Shown here: positions 20,985-28,580 of the stretch, piece by piece
Position numbering within the stretch: the stretch's first letter is position 1
Layout of the letters: every line of letters begins with the position of its first letter
DNA from: an uncultured Nitrososphaerota archaeon
Lineage (GTDB): Archaea; Thermoproteota; Nitrososphaeria; Nitrososphaerales; Nitrosopumilaceae
Length of the DNA: 64,000 nt
Direction of reading: 5' to 3'
NCBI GenBank assembly: GCA_963824385.1
Contig: CAWGPD010000001.1
Span: forward strand, 101,615-165,614
Translations under genes and position numbers: made by a program
Notes under the pieces: generated by a model
Told to the model about the DNA's origin: nothing
Databases searched by the model: none
The model's input: only the letters and a program-made list of their open reading frames with translations

Positions 20985-22115
20985 TCAAGATTCTCTTCTG
21001 CTGGCATTCTGTATCAAGGTAATCCACTTGTTATCTCCCTCAATCTTGATTCCTGCAACTTCGCTAGGAGTTTTTCCTTCTAATCCCATATGAGGTCTAA
21101 TGTAGTTGTGATAGATTTGATAACCTGTGAGAATTGGTGTATTGTTTATTTTCAATCCTCTCATTACTTTCTCACGGTCACGAATCTCACCGTTTAGTCT
21201 TTCCATCATGTTGTTGTGTCTATCACCTTTGAGAGTTATATGAGATTCATGAACTACTCTTGGTAGTTCTCTTGTCCAATATTCCTTCAAAAATGCTTCT
21301 CGGTATGCAGGTAATCCATCAGTGATTAGTTTGGTTGGCTTCTTTTCTGCTATTGCTCTAGCCATTCTAAAGAGATTCTTTGCATCATGATTGTTCTTTG
21401 TTTCTGCCACTTCTTGAGCAATCAAGAACCTTGTTTCATCATCCATCATTGCAAATAGATATTTTCGATTTCCTCGAATCTTGATGAATACTTCATCTGC
21501 TCTCCAAATGTCTCCTACTTGTGGTGTAATGTCATCTAGGTATTTTTCCATAAGATTTGTGTATTTTTTGATCCAGTTGTAAACAGTAGCATGAACTACA
21601 TCAACACCAAGCAATTTTAGAGATTTTGTGACATTTCTCAGTGATTCTCCGCTAAAGTATAGTTGCATGGCGGTTGTAATTGCTCTAGGATTGTGCTTCA
21701 TTCTCTCAAAGCCTATATTGAGACTGAAAGTTTTGTGGCAATCAGAGCAAACGAATCTCTGAATATCATAATTCTTGTTGTGTCTTATTCCAAATTTCTT
21801 AATGTTGTTCGATTTGCAGAATAGACAGGAATCAATGTTTATTGGTTGAATTGTTACCTTGTTCTTCTGTATTACCTGTTCTCTGATCTTGATACTAAGT
21901 TCTACGCCATGAATATGCTTACAACAAATATGTCTGAATGCGTAATCTTTACAATTACAAGTCCATCCTGCATCTGTAAATACTACAGCATATTCGCCTT
22001 TAGTTGTTTGTGATTTTACTTTGTATTGGTTTGCGTTGATTCTGAAAATCTGTTGATTCGGATTCTGTGCAATCTGTTTTCCTTTTTCTTCACGTGGATT
22101 CGCTCTGTTTTCCAT
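20985..22115 (-). CDS. IS6-family DDE transposase with N-terminal SWIM and Zn-ribbon domains
   Basis: CNC...CKH SWIM; CxxC...CxxC; SLRNV HTH; WRADE/TDGLPAY/NNMMERLN; YHNYIRPH. Confidence 0.95.
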   Translation of the reverse strand: MENRANPREEKGKQIAQNPNQQIFRINANQYKVKSQTTKGEYAVVFTDAGWTCNCKDYAFRHICCKHIHGVELSIKIREQVIQKNKVTIQPINIDSCLFCKSNNIKKFGIRHNKNYDIQRFVCSDCHKTFSLNIGFERMKHNPRAITTAMQLYFSGESLRNVTKSLKLLGVDVVHATVYNWIKKYTNLMEKYLDDITPQVGDIWRADEVFIKIRGNRKYLFAMMDDETRFLIAQEVAETKNNHDAKNLFRMARAIAEKKPTKLITDGLPAYREAFLKEYWTRELPRVVHESHITLKGDRHNNMMERLNGEIRDREKVMRGLKINNTPILTGYQIYHNYIRPHMGLEGKTPSEVAGIKIEGDNKWITLIQNASRRES

Positions 22116-22116
22116 G

Positions 22117-22166
22117 TATGTGTATTATACACATAACTATAAAAGTATTGTGTATAATGTGTATAA
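22117..22166. promoter_or_regulatory. TGTGTAT(A/T)A operator repeats between the transposase and RHH genes
   Basis: palindrome TATGTGTA-TTA-TACACATA (22117-22135) and tandem TGTGTATAA x2 (22149-22166). Confidence 0.7.
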
Positions 22167-22204
22167 TGCACAAATGATAAATAGTTGATAGTAATAATTA
22201 CAGC

Positions 22205-22432
22205 ATGGGAAGAATAGACATCATACTACCAGATGATTTAGAAGATAAATTGAAAATGGAGGCAGGAAAAAGATTAGGTGCAAAAAGAGGAGCATTTACT
22301 GAAGCAATCAAGGATGCAATTGGTCTATGGTTAGATCCAAAAACAATGGAATTGATGGAAAAATATACTGGCAAGTCATTAGATGCAGAAACTAAAGAAA
22401 TTTTGAAGAAGTATCGGGGTAATGTTGATTGA
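22205..22432 (+). CDS. ribbon-helix-helix (CopG-like) DNA-binding protein
   Basis: RIDIILPDDLEDKLK...AFTEAIKDAI. Confidence 0.75.
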   Translation: MGRIDIILPDDLEDKLKMEAGKRLGAKRGAFTEAIKDAIGLWLDPKTMELMEKYTGKSLDAETKEILKKYRGNVD

Positions 22433-22839
22433 TTATAGAGTATGATCCGAGAAAAGAGACAACCACTGTGAATGGACTCTGTGAAAAATGTGACAACAAA
22501 TGGATCGTGAGTCGGGATAATAGTGTTTATCAACTTCCAATGGAATTAAAAGAAAAATGTCCGAAATGCGGTCATGTTAACATACTTTTCTATCCAGACG
22601 AAGAAATGAATAAACAAATGATGAATCAGAAATATGTCTTAGATTTACCCCTAAAATTTGAGAATGCAAAAAAGACAATTGAGAAGTTAAAAGAAGAGAG
22701 AGATGCCCTAAAGGTAAGAAATACCGAATTATTTGATGAAAATAAGATTCTAGTAAAAGCGATTGACATACTTACCGCCAAACTTGAAAAACTAAATATC
22801 AAATTGGACGGTGGAACTGAAAATCCACTTGCTAAATGA
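22429..22839 (+). CDS. Zn-ribbon plus coiled-coil hypothetical protein, element 1 cargo
   Basis: CEKC...CPKCGH then heptad-rich C-terminus. Confidence 0.6.
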   Translation: MIIEYDPRKETTTVNGLCEKCDNKWIVSRDNSVYQLPMELKEKCPKCGHVNILFYPDEEMNKQMMNQKYVLDLPLKFENAKKTIEKLKEERDALKVRNTELFDENKILVKAIDILTAKLEKLNIKLDGGTENPLAK

Positions 22840-23058
22840 GTAGTCAAATGTCAAATACGATACTATGCCCTAAATGTGAGGCGTTGTTAATAAAGGAGGA
22901 ATTTGAAACCCATGATTGTATTTCTAATTACAAATTTGATGGAAAATATCTATTAATTAGACGAAACGGAAAATGGCGTTCAATTTACTTGCCATTATTA
23001 TTCAGATTATCAACCGATTTTGAACACGGAGAAGATCAATCGTCAAATGAACAGAACC
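22836..23058 (+). CDS. small Zn-finger ORF that runs out through the right TIR of element 1 without a stop
   Basis: CPKC...HDC; frame stays open across TIR-8-mer-TIR into element 2. Confidence 0.45.
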
Positions 23059-23066
23059 CGAAATTA
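23059..23066 (+). repeat. 8-bp target duplication copy 2 (CGAAATTA)
   Basis: junction AACAGAACC-CGAAATTA-GGTTCTGTT. Confidence 0.95.
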
Positions 23067-23186
23067 GGTTCTGTTGCGATCACGGGTGATAGACGTTTGA
23101 CACAAAAATTTTCTGCCTGTTACAGTCGGGTGATGGATCACCCTCGATCATTAAAAGCAAAAATAACCGCATGGTTCAAAGTTTTC

Positions 23187-23900
23187 ATGGCACGTTCAAT
23201 CAAGATATACCGTTTTTTCACAGCAAAAAAATCCTCTGAAATATACGATATTCTAAAAGCAAGAAAAACTTCACAGAGCGTTAATACTTATCCTGAAATC
23301 GCTACGATACAAAATAATCCCGATAGTGTTAGTGGTTCATTTCACATAAGAAAAAAAGTATTAGGATCTTGGGAAATTCTTTTCTACGAATTTACTATAA
23401 AAACAAAAAAGGCTACACTTTTTCTACAAGGTAAAACTGTGGGAAGATCAGATGCTAATGAATTTCTTGCTGAATTAATTGAAAATGGAACTTCCAGATA
23501 TGATGTGATAAAAGAATATGAGTTAACCAATGGTCAGATGCTACAAATTTTCAATAATGTTACAAAACAATATGCAGATAACATCATTATGCGATTGAAA
23601 GTTCTTTTTAGTCCTCTAAGCGGATATAAATATAAAGATAAAGAGGTTTATGGCGAGTTATCTTTTCAGTTTATTGGAAATAAATGTGCAAGCAAACATA
23701 ATGATTTTAGTAATTTTTTAGAAAACAGTATGGAAGTAGAACTGACGTTTGGACTTCTTAAATGTGCAGGATTGGCAAAGGAACTGAGAAATACACATAT
23801 TAAATTAATAGCCAAATCTGATTGCAGTTTTAGAATGTATGTGGAAGTTCCACATGACGATTGGATTACTTTTGTTGAAAAGGTCTTGAATGTGATATGA
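23187..23900 (+). CDS. hypothetical protein, element 2 cargo
   Basis: ATG at 23187 inside element 2 (MARSIKIYRFF...); 237 aa, no recognised motif. Confidence 0.6.
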   Translation: MARSIKIYRFFTAKKSSEIYDILKARKTSQSVNTYPEIATIQNNPDSVSGSFHIRKKVLGSWEILFYEFTIKTKKATLFLQGKTVGRSDANEFLAELIENGTSRYDVIKEYELTNGQMLQIFNNVTKQYADNIIMRLKVLFSPLSGYKYKDKEVYGELSFQFIGNKCASKHNDFSNFLENSMEVELTFGLLKCAGLAKELRNTHIKLIAKSDCSFRMYVEVPHDDWITFVEKVLNVI

Positions 23901-23910
23901 CAGGGAATGA

Positions 23911-24444
23911 ATGATGAATGAAACCGAAACTTATTATCAACTGTTTGGGAATACAATTACCTTGTCATTAGCAGATCTTCTTGGTTATATCGGAATAGGT
24001 GTTTCCGTTGGAGTTGGAGTATTATTTGCATCATTAGATTGGAGAAGGCGTGTTACAACCGATAAAAATCATAAAAAAATAATTTGTTATCACATGAATG
24101 AACTTGAAACAATTTTTGCCCACATTATGGTTGATTTCAACAAATTGGAAGAAGATGAAGATGGAGTACCAGAACGTTTGAATCATTTTTTAATTGGAAA
24201 ATATAGACATATTGAGTATTTGATTGATAACATAAAATTGAATAAAATTCAATGTTCAAAATTATCTGATGATGAAGAAAAAGATATAGAAAATACATTG
24301 AAAATTTCTCAGTGGTTATTGGAAGAATACTGTCCACAGGATGTACTTGAAGCAAGTCGAGTGAGTCTTTGGCGAGAGTACAATCCAAAACTTAAAGAAA
24401 ATGCTGAAACATTGGCAAACTCAGTAAAACATTTTGCTAACTAA
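23911..24444 (+). CDS. membrane-anchored helical hypothetical protein, element 2 cargo
   Basis: one N-terminal TM helix then a charged helical domain. Confidence 0.6.
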   Translation: MMNETETYYQLFGNTITLSLADLLGYIGIGVSVGVGVLFASLDWRRRVTTDKNHKKIICYHMNELETIFAHIMVDFNKLEEDEDGVPERLNHFLIGKYRHIEYLIDNIKLNKIQCSKLSDDEEKDIENTLKISQWLLEEYCPQDVLEASRVSLWREYNPKLKENAETLANSVKHFAN

Positions 24445-24446
24445 TA

Positions 24447-24638
24447 TCATTTCGATTTACTATCTTTGTGACTAGTAACTTCTATTTTGTTTCCCCTAAT
24501 GATGAATTTTATCATATCGGGATTTCCAAGAAAATCCATTATAGGTTTTGGCAGATAACTTTGCCATCCCCTAGTTTCATGATATGAAACATTGACAGGA
24601 AATTCTTTTTCACCTTTTTTCCATTTAGGCACACTCAT
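24447..24638 (-). CDS. AbrB-like small DNA-binding protein divergent from the transposase
   Basis: GWQSYLPKPIMDFLGNPDMIKFIIRGNKIEV swapped-hairpin pattern. Confidence 0.65.
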   Translation of the reverse strand: MSVPKWKKGEKEFPVNVSYHETRGWQSYLPKPIMDFLGNPDMIKFIIRGNKIEVTSHKDSKSK

Positions 24639-24664
24639 AATTCAGCAAACTAATATTTATACAT

Positions 24665-24707
24665 TCCACGTGGATAATCATAATATTAATATATCCACGT
24701 GGATATA
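24665..24707. promoter_or_regulatory. paired TCCACGTGGA palindromic operators
   Basis: TCCACGTGGA at 24665-24674 and perfect 18-bp TATATCCACGTGGATATA at 24690-24707. Confidence 0.75.
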
Positions 24708-24714
24708 CTATAAC

Positions 24715-25830
24715 ATGCAAAATTCCGATTCAAGAAAAGAAAATGGAAAAAAACTTGCCGAATCAAACAATCATGTTAAGAGAATTGATGAACACCATTA
24801 CAAAGTAAAATCACAGTCAGGAAATGGCGAATATGATGTAGTTTCTACGGAATCTGGCTTAAACTGCTCATGCCCAGATCATATATTTCGAAAGATATGT
24901 TGTAAGCACATTCACGCTGTTGAATTTAGTAAAAAGATTAGAGAGCATGTAAAAAATCATGTTACTGTTCAACCAATCACAGTTCATTCATGCCAATTCT
25001 GTAAATCAGATAACATAGTCAAGAACGCTGTTAGACACAACAAGTATGGAGATCTTCAGAGGTACCTATGCAAGTCCTGTAACAAACGATTCTCAATCAA
25101 TCTAGGTTTTGAAAGAATGAAGGCTAGTCCAAAGACCATCACAAGTGCCATGCAGTTGTACTTTACAGGAGAATCGTTAAGAAACGTACAGAAATTCCTA
25201 AACCTTCAAGGCATTAACGTTAATCATGTTACAATTTACAGATGGATTGACAAGTATGTAGGTTTGATGAAGAAATACCTTGAACAAATGACACCGCAAG
25301 TTTCTGATACTTGGAGAGCAGATGAGGTTTTCATAAAAGTAAGTGGCAATCTCAAATACCTTTTTGCCATGATGGATGATGAAACTAGATTCCTAATTGC
25401 TCAAGAGGTAGCAGATTCAAAGAATAACCATGATGCTAGAAACCTATTCAGAAAGTCAAATGAGGTAGCAGGAAAGAAACCAACTAAACTAATCACCGAT
25501 GGATTACCTGCATACAGAAATGCATTTTTAAAAGAATATTGGACAAGGAAATCGCCTAGAATTGAACATGAATCTCATATTACTCTCAAAGGTGATAGGA
25601 ATAACAACAAGATGGAGAGGTTAAACGGAGAGATTCGGGATAGGGAAAAGACCATGAGGGGATTGAAGAAATCAGATACGCCAGTCCTTACAGGTTATCA
25701 GATCTATCATAACTACCTTAGACCTCATATGAGCTTGGATGGTAGTACACCATCAGAAATGGCAGGAATTAAAATTGAAGGCGATAACAAATGGATTACG
25801 CTAATTCAGAATGCAAAGATAACTCAGTAA
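24715..25830 (+). CDS. IS6-family DDE transposase with SWIM and Zn-ribbon domains (second, diverged copy)
   Basis: CSC...CKH, CQFC/CKSC, SLRNV, WRADE/TDGLPAY/NNKMERLN; ATG at 24715. Confidence 0.95.
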   Translation: MQNSDSRKENGKKLAESNNHVKRIDEHHYKVKSQSGNGEYDVVSTESGLNCSCPDHIFRKICCKHIHAVEFSKKIREHVKNHVTVQPITVHSCQFCKSDNIVKNAVRHNKYGDLQRYLCKSCNKRFSINLGFERMKASPKTITSAMQLYFTGESLRNVQKFLNLQGINVNHVTIYRWIDKYVGLMKKYLEQMTPQVSDTWRADEVFIKVSGNLKYLFAMMDDETRFLIAQEVADSKNNHDARNLFRKSNEVAGKKPTKLITDGLPAYRNAFLKEYWTRKSPRIEHESHITLKGDRNNNKMERLNGEIRDREKTMRGLKKSDTPVLTGYQIYHNYLRPHMSLDGSTPSEMAGIKIEGDNKWITLIQNAKITQ

Positions 25831-26026
25831 CTTTTTTTGTTACACAATCTGGACATAGAATCAACCCTGCATTGTTAGTAAGAATACTCATTGTTGAACA
25901 ATATTCTTTGAAGAATTTTTTATTTTCACCAGACCAAACATCTTGAAAGAAAAAAATACAACACAGTGGAAATTTTTCTTCAACGCCAGCATACAAATAT
26001 CCATGACCGATCTTTTCTTTAGGCAT
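25796..26026 (-). CDS. small Cys-rich hypothetical protein, element 2 cargo
   Basis: FPLCCIFFF...LCPDC. Confidence 0.5.
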   Translation of the reverse strand: MPKEKIGHGYLYAGVEEKFPLCCIFFFQDVWSGENKKFFKEYCSTMSILTNNAGLILCPDCVTKKVTELSLHSELA

Positions 26027-26150
26027 AATTATTTAGATTTTAAACGTAATAGAGATCTAAAAGTTTTGTTGTTTTTAATTTGATCTTTTTATTAAATAAG
26101 ATGAATCATGAGTCAAGTTTATACGAATCAGGCTCACTGTAATACTAGAT

Positions 26151-26315
26151 TTGCGTCACGAATGTCCAAAATGTCTTAGAACTTTTGCAACAGATGATAC
26201 TACACTAGAAAAATTTGTTGGTTTTCGGCTATTTCGTGGAATAAAATATGTGCAATCTTGGTGTAGAAAATGTAGAAAAGAAGATCTACAGGAAAAACGT
26301 AAAAATCAAAAGTAA
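26151..26315 (+). CDS. 54-aa Zn-finger protein (not in ORF track), element 2 cargo
   Basis: TTG start; MRHECPKC...QSWCRKCRK; stop overlaps the next ATG. Confidence 0.6.
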   Translation: MRHECPKCLRTFATDDTTLEKFVGFRLFRGIKYVQSWCRKCRKEDLQEKRKNQK

Positions 26316-26641
26316 TGAATTGGGTAAATGATGTTACAAGATTAAGGCATGACATATTCATCACTTTCATAGAATGCAAAATATCTCAAAAGGGAAATTG
26401 GGAAAACTACACTGCCTTTGGTGATACGTACAAAGTGTTGAGGGCACTTGATAATTCAGGGGAAAATATAGTACAGATGATAGAACCAGACGGATTGAAA
26501 AGAACGTTACTAATTAGACAGGCAGGAACGATAAGCATGAATCAGAATGTACTATCCTACAATTCTGGTTTTGTATCAGAAATAGTAGTTGATGAAAAAG
26601 AGCAATCAGGTAAAGGCAAAACTAGAGACAAATTGTTGTAA
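26315..26641 (+). CDS. hypothetical protein, element 2 cargo
   Basis: 108-aa ORF coupled to the upstream Zn-finger gene. Confidence 0.55.
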   Translation: MNWVNDVTRLRHDIFITFIECKISQKGNWENYTAFGDTYKVLRALDNSGENIVQMIEPDGLKRTLLIRQAGTISMNQNVLSYNSGFVSEIVVDEKEQSGKGKTRDKLL

Positions 26642-26654
26642 TTTTATTTTAAAA

Positions 26655-26813
26655 CTAAAGTGTGGTAGAAGGTGGGCTGGGCAGATATTTCAATGAAAGC
26701 CATCCACATGCAGGACATTTTGTGCCAGTTAATGAACCGCCAGTTGGAACCTCTACTTCTCCAACAAATTCGCACTCGGTACGACTACATTTGGCATTTA
26801 ATTTATTTACCAT
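26655..26813 (-). CDS. 52-aa Zn-ribbon protein (not in ORF track), element 2 cargo
   Basis: MVNKLNAKCSRTEC...KCPACG. Confidence 0.55.
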   Translation of the reverse strand: MVNKLNAKCSRTECEFVGEVEVPTGGSLTGTKCPACGWLSLKYLPSPPSTTL

Positions 26814-26940
26814 AATTTCAGTATCGGTAACGTAGATTTAAGGATTAATCATAAAGACAAATGTTTAGGTCATCACCCGACCTGTAACACGTAGAATTTT
26901 TGAGTGAATTTCCCATATCACCCGTGATCGCAACAGAACC

Positions 26941-26948
26941 CGAAATTA
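26941..26948 (+). repeat. 8-bp target duplication copy 3 (CGAAATTA)
   Basis: junction ACAGAACC-CGAAATTA-GGTTCTGT. Confidence 0.95.
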
Positions 26949-27111
26949 GGTTCTGTGTAATCTACGTGGGCTGTCATAAAATTTTCTCTGTGTTTACTTT
27001 CGGGGGCTGGCTTGCATTTCGAATTAGTGTTATCCATTTGTTATTACCTTCCACTTTGATTCCTGCCATCTCACTAGACGTCTTACCGTTTAATGCCATG
27101 CGTGGTCTGAG
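26949..27111. mobile_element. decayed IS6-family element 3 (left TIR plus transposase 3' end; far end not recognisable)
   Basis: starts GGTTCTGTG; inner TIR resembles element 2 (AAAATTTTCT..TCGGG); contains a transposase remnant. Confidence 0.85.
26974..27111 (-). pseudogene. C-terminal remnant of a third IS6 transposase
   Basis: LRPRMALNGKTSSEMAGIKVEGNNKWITLIRNAS versus IRPHMGLEGKTPSEVAGIKIEGDNKWITLIQNAS in element 1. Confidence 0.9.
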
Positions 27112-27120
27112 GATAGAGGT

Positions 27121-27390
27121 CTATGCAGTAGGCAACTTCATGATTGAAGTCAAGTTATTCCTGTTATACCATAATTGATTACCGTGTAATTTTATGATCG
27201 AGTTTTCTTTCCTGAATTGTAGTCTGAATCGACCATTAGGATTTTCTATGAACACTGCAGGTATTTGGTCACATGATGCCAATACGTTATAAATAAAATT
27301 CTCTTCAGTACTTGTTTCCTCATCATATGCCCAACTCAGATTCAGGTCAATGTCTGAAAAAGGTAGACTCTCAAGTGTTATTGTATTCAT
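27121..27390 (-). CDS. hypothetical protein, possibly relic cargo of element 3
   Basis: 89-aa ATG ORF directly abutting the transposase remnant. Confidence 0.4.
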   Translation of the reverse strand: MNTITLESLPFSDIDLNLSWAYDEETSTEENFIYNVLASCDQIPAVFIENPNGRFRLQFRKENSIIKLHGNQLWYNRNNLTSIMKLPTA

Positions 27391-27605
27391 ATCTAGTAAA
27401 TATCCTATTTTACGTTGAGTTTAGATCTATTTTCAGACTATTATTGACAATTTACCAAATATCGTATCACCCTAATTCTGCACAAAGGCGATTCGTAAAT
27501 TATCAAGATTCGATTTTACTTGTATTTGGGATTAATGTGACCGCCCATCATGACGTATTGATGAAACATACAAAACTCAAATGTACCACCGTCCATAGTG
27601 AAATC

Positions 27606-28541
27606 ATGGCATTTCTGTCTGTAAATGATCTTGATGTTCAATATCAGAGTCAAGGAAAAAAGATACATGCCGTAGACCACATATCATTTTCCTTGCAAGA
27701 AAATGAGTCAATCGGGATAGCAGGAGAAAGTGGTTGTGGTAAGAGTACACTTGGTCTTGCAATCATGAAAACACTTCAGGAAAATGCAAGTGTGTCAGGG
27801 GAGATTCTTTTTGATGATAAATCAATTTTGGCCATTCCAGATCAAGAGTTTACAAAAAATATTCGATGGAAGCAGATATCCATGATATTTCAAGGTGCAA
27901 TGAATTCTCTAGATCCCGTATTTACCATTAAAAAACAATTTGAGGAGATTTTAAAAAAACATGATTATCAAGGGGATTACAAACCAGCAATAGAGTCTGC
28001 AATATCTTCAGTCGGATTACCACGTTCAGTTTTAGACAAATATCCACATGAGATAAGCGGTGGTATGAAGCAGCGAGTCGTAATTGCGATGGCATTGATT
28101 TTAAAACCAAAGATGGTGATTGCGGACGAGCCAACCACTGCATTAGATGTATTGGTTCAAGCGCAGATCATGATAGTATTAAAAAATCTCAAAAAAAGTG
28201 GACTTGGAATCATGTTAATATCTCACGACTTGGGCATAATTTCTGAAATTGCTGAAAAAATAGCCATCATGTATGCAGGTCAGATTGTAGAGTTTGGCAT
28301 GCTATCAGAGATTTATAAAAATCCAATGCATCCCTATACGTCTGCGCTATTGAATTCAATTCCTAGGCTAGGCAATACCGTAAATATCACGTCATTGAAG
28401 GGCAGCCCACCCAGCATGATAAACCCCCCAAGCGGTTGCAGGTTTTATGATAGATGCCCGCAAGCAATGGAAAAATGTAAGAGAGAACCTCCCAAAATTA
28501 AAACATTATCAGGTTTTGTAATGTGTTGGTTACATGAATAA
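27606..28541 (+). CDS. oppD: oligopeptide/nickel ABC transporter ATP-binding protein
   Basis: GESGCGKS, ISGGMKQR, DEPTTALD, HPYT, GCRF..RC; likely start ATG 27606. Confidence 0.9.
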   Translation: MAFLSVNDLDVQYQSQGKKIHAVDHISFSLQENESIGIAGESGCGKSTLGLAIMKTLQENASVSGEILFDDKSILAIPDQEFTKNIRWKQISMIFQGAMNSLDPVFTIKKQFEEILKKHDYQGDYKPAIESAISSVGLPRSVLDKYPHEISGGMKQRVVIAMALILKPKMVIADEPTTALDVLVQAQIMIVLKNLKKSGLGIMLISHDLGIISEIAEKIAIMYAGQIVEFGMLSEIYKNPMHPYTSALLNSIPRLGNTVNITSLKGSPPSMINPPSGCRFYDRCPQAMEKCKREPPKIKTLSGFVMCWLHE

Positions 28542-28580
28542 ATAATTTTTAAAAATATTTGTTAAAACAGAATTGTAGTT

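Larger units (their letters stand above)
19247..23058. mobile_element. cargo-carrying IS6-family element 1 (3812 bp; 50-bp perfect TIRs at 19247-19296 and 23009-23058)
   Basis: TIR GGTTCTGTTCATTTGACGATTGATCTTCTCCGTGTTCAAAATCGGTTGAT; flanked by CGAAATTA; internal DDE transposase. Confidence 0.95.
23067..26940. mobile_element. cargo-carrying IS6-family element 2 (3874 bp; 25-bp perfect TIRs at 23067-23091 and 26916-26940, imperfect to ~70 bp)
   Basis: TIR GGTTCTGTTGCGATCACGGGTGATA; inner match CAAAAATT..TGTTACAG(G)TCGGGTGATG; flanked by CGAAATTA. Confidence 0.95.

Noticed and set aside
23050-23075. ACAGAACC-N8-GGTTCTGT as a tyrosine-recombinase (dif/lox/attC) site or CRISPR repeat
   Set aside because: Fully explained as abutting IS6 TIRs around an 8-bp duplication; no integrase or cas gene in the window, and spacing is ~3.8 kb.
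20985-25830. Composite transposon formed by the two transposase genes
   Set aside because: The TIR pairs show two independent elements, each enclosing its own transposase and cargo.
27465-27502. TATCACCC...CGTAAATTA as the degenerate right end of element 3
   Set aside because: Only partial similarity and no AGAACC terminus; too weak to call.
27312-27605. 98-aa N-terminal extension of OppD; similar extensions on ORFs starting at 24592, 52605, 59084 and 35286
   Set aside because: ORF-caller extensions to upstream alternative starts; family similarity begins at later ATGs.
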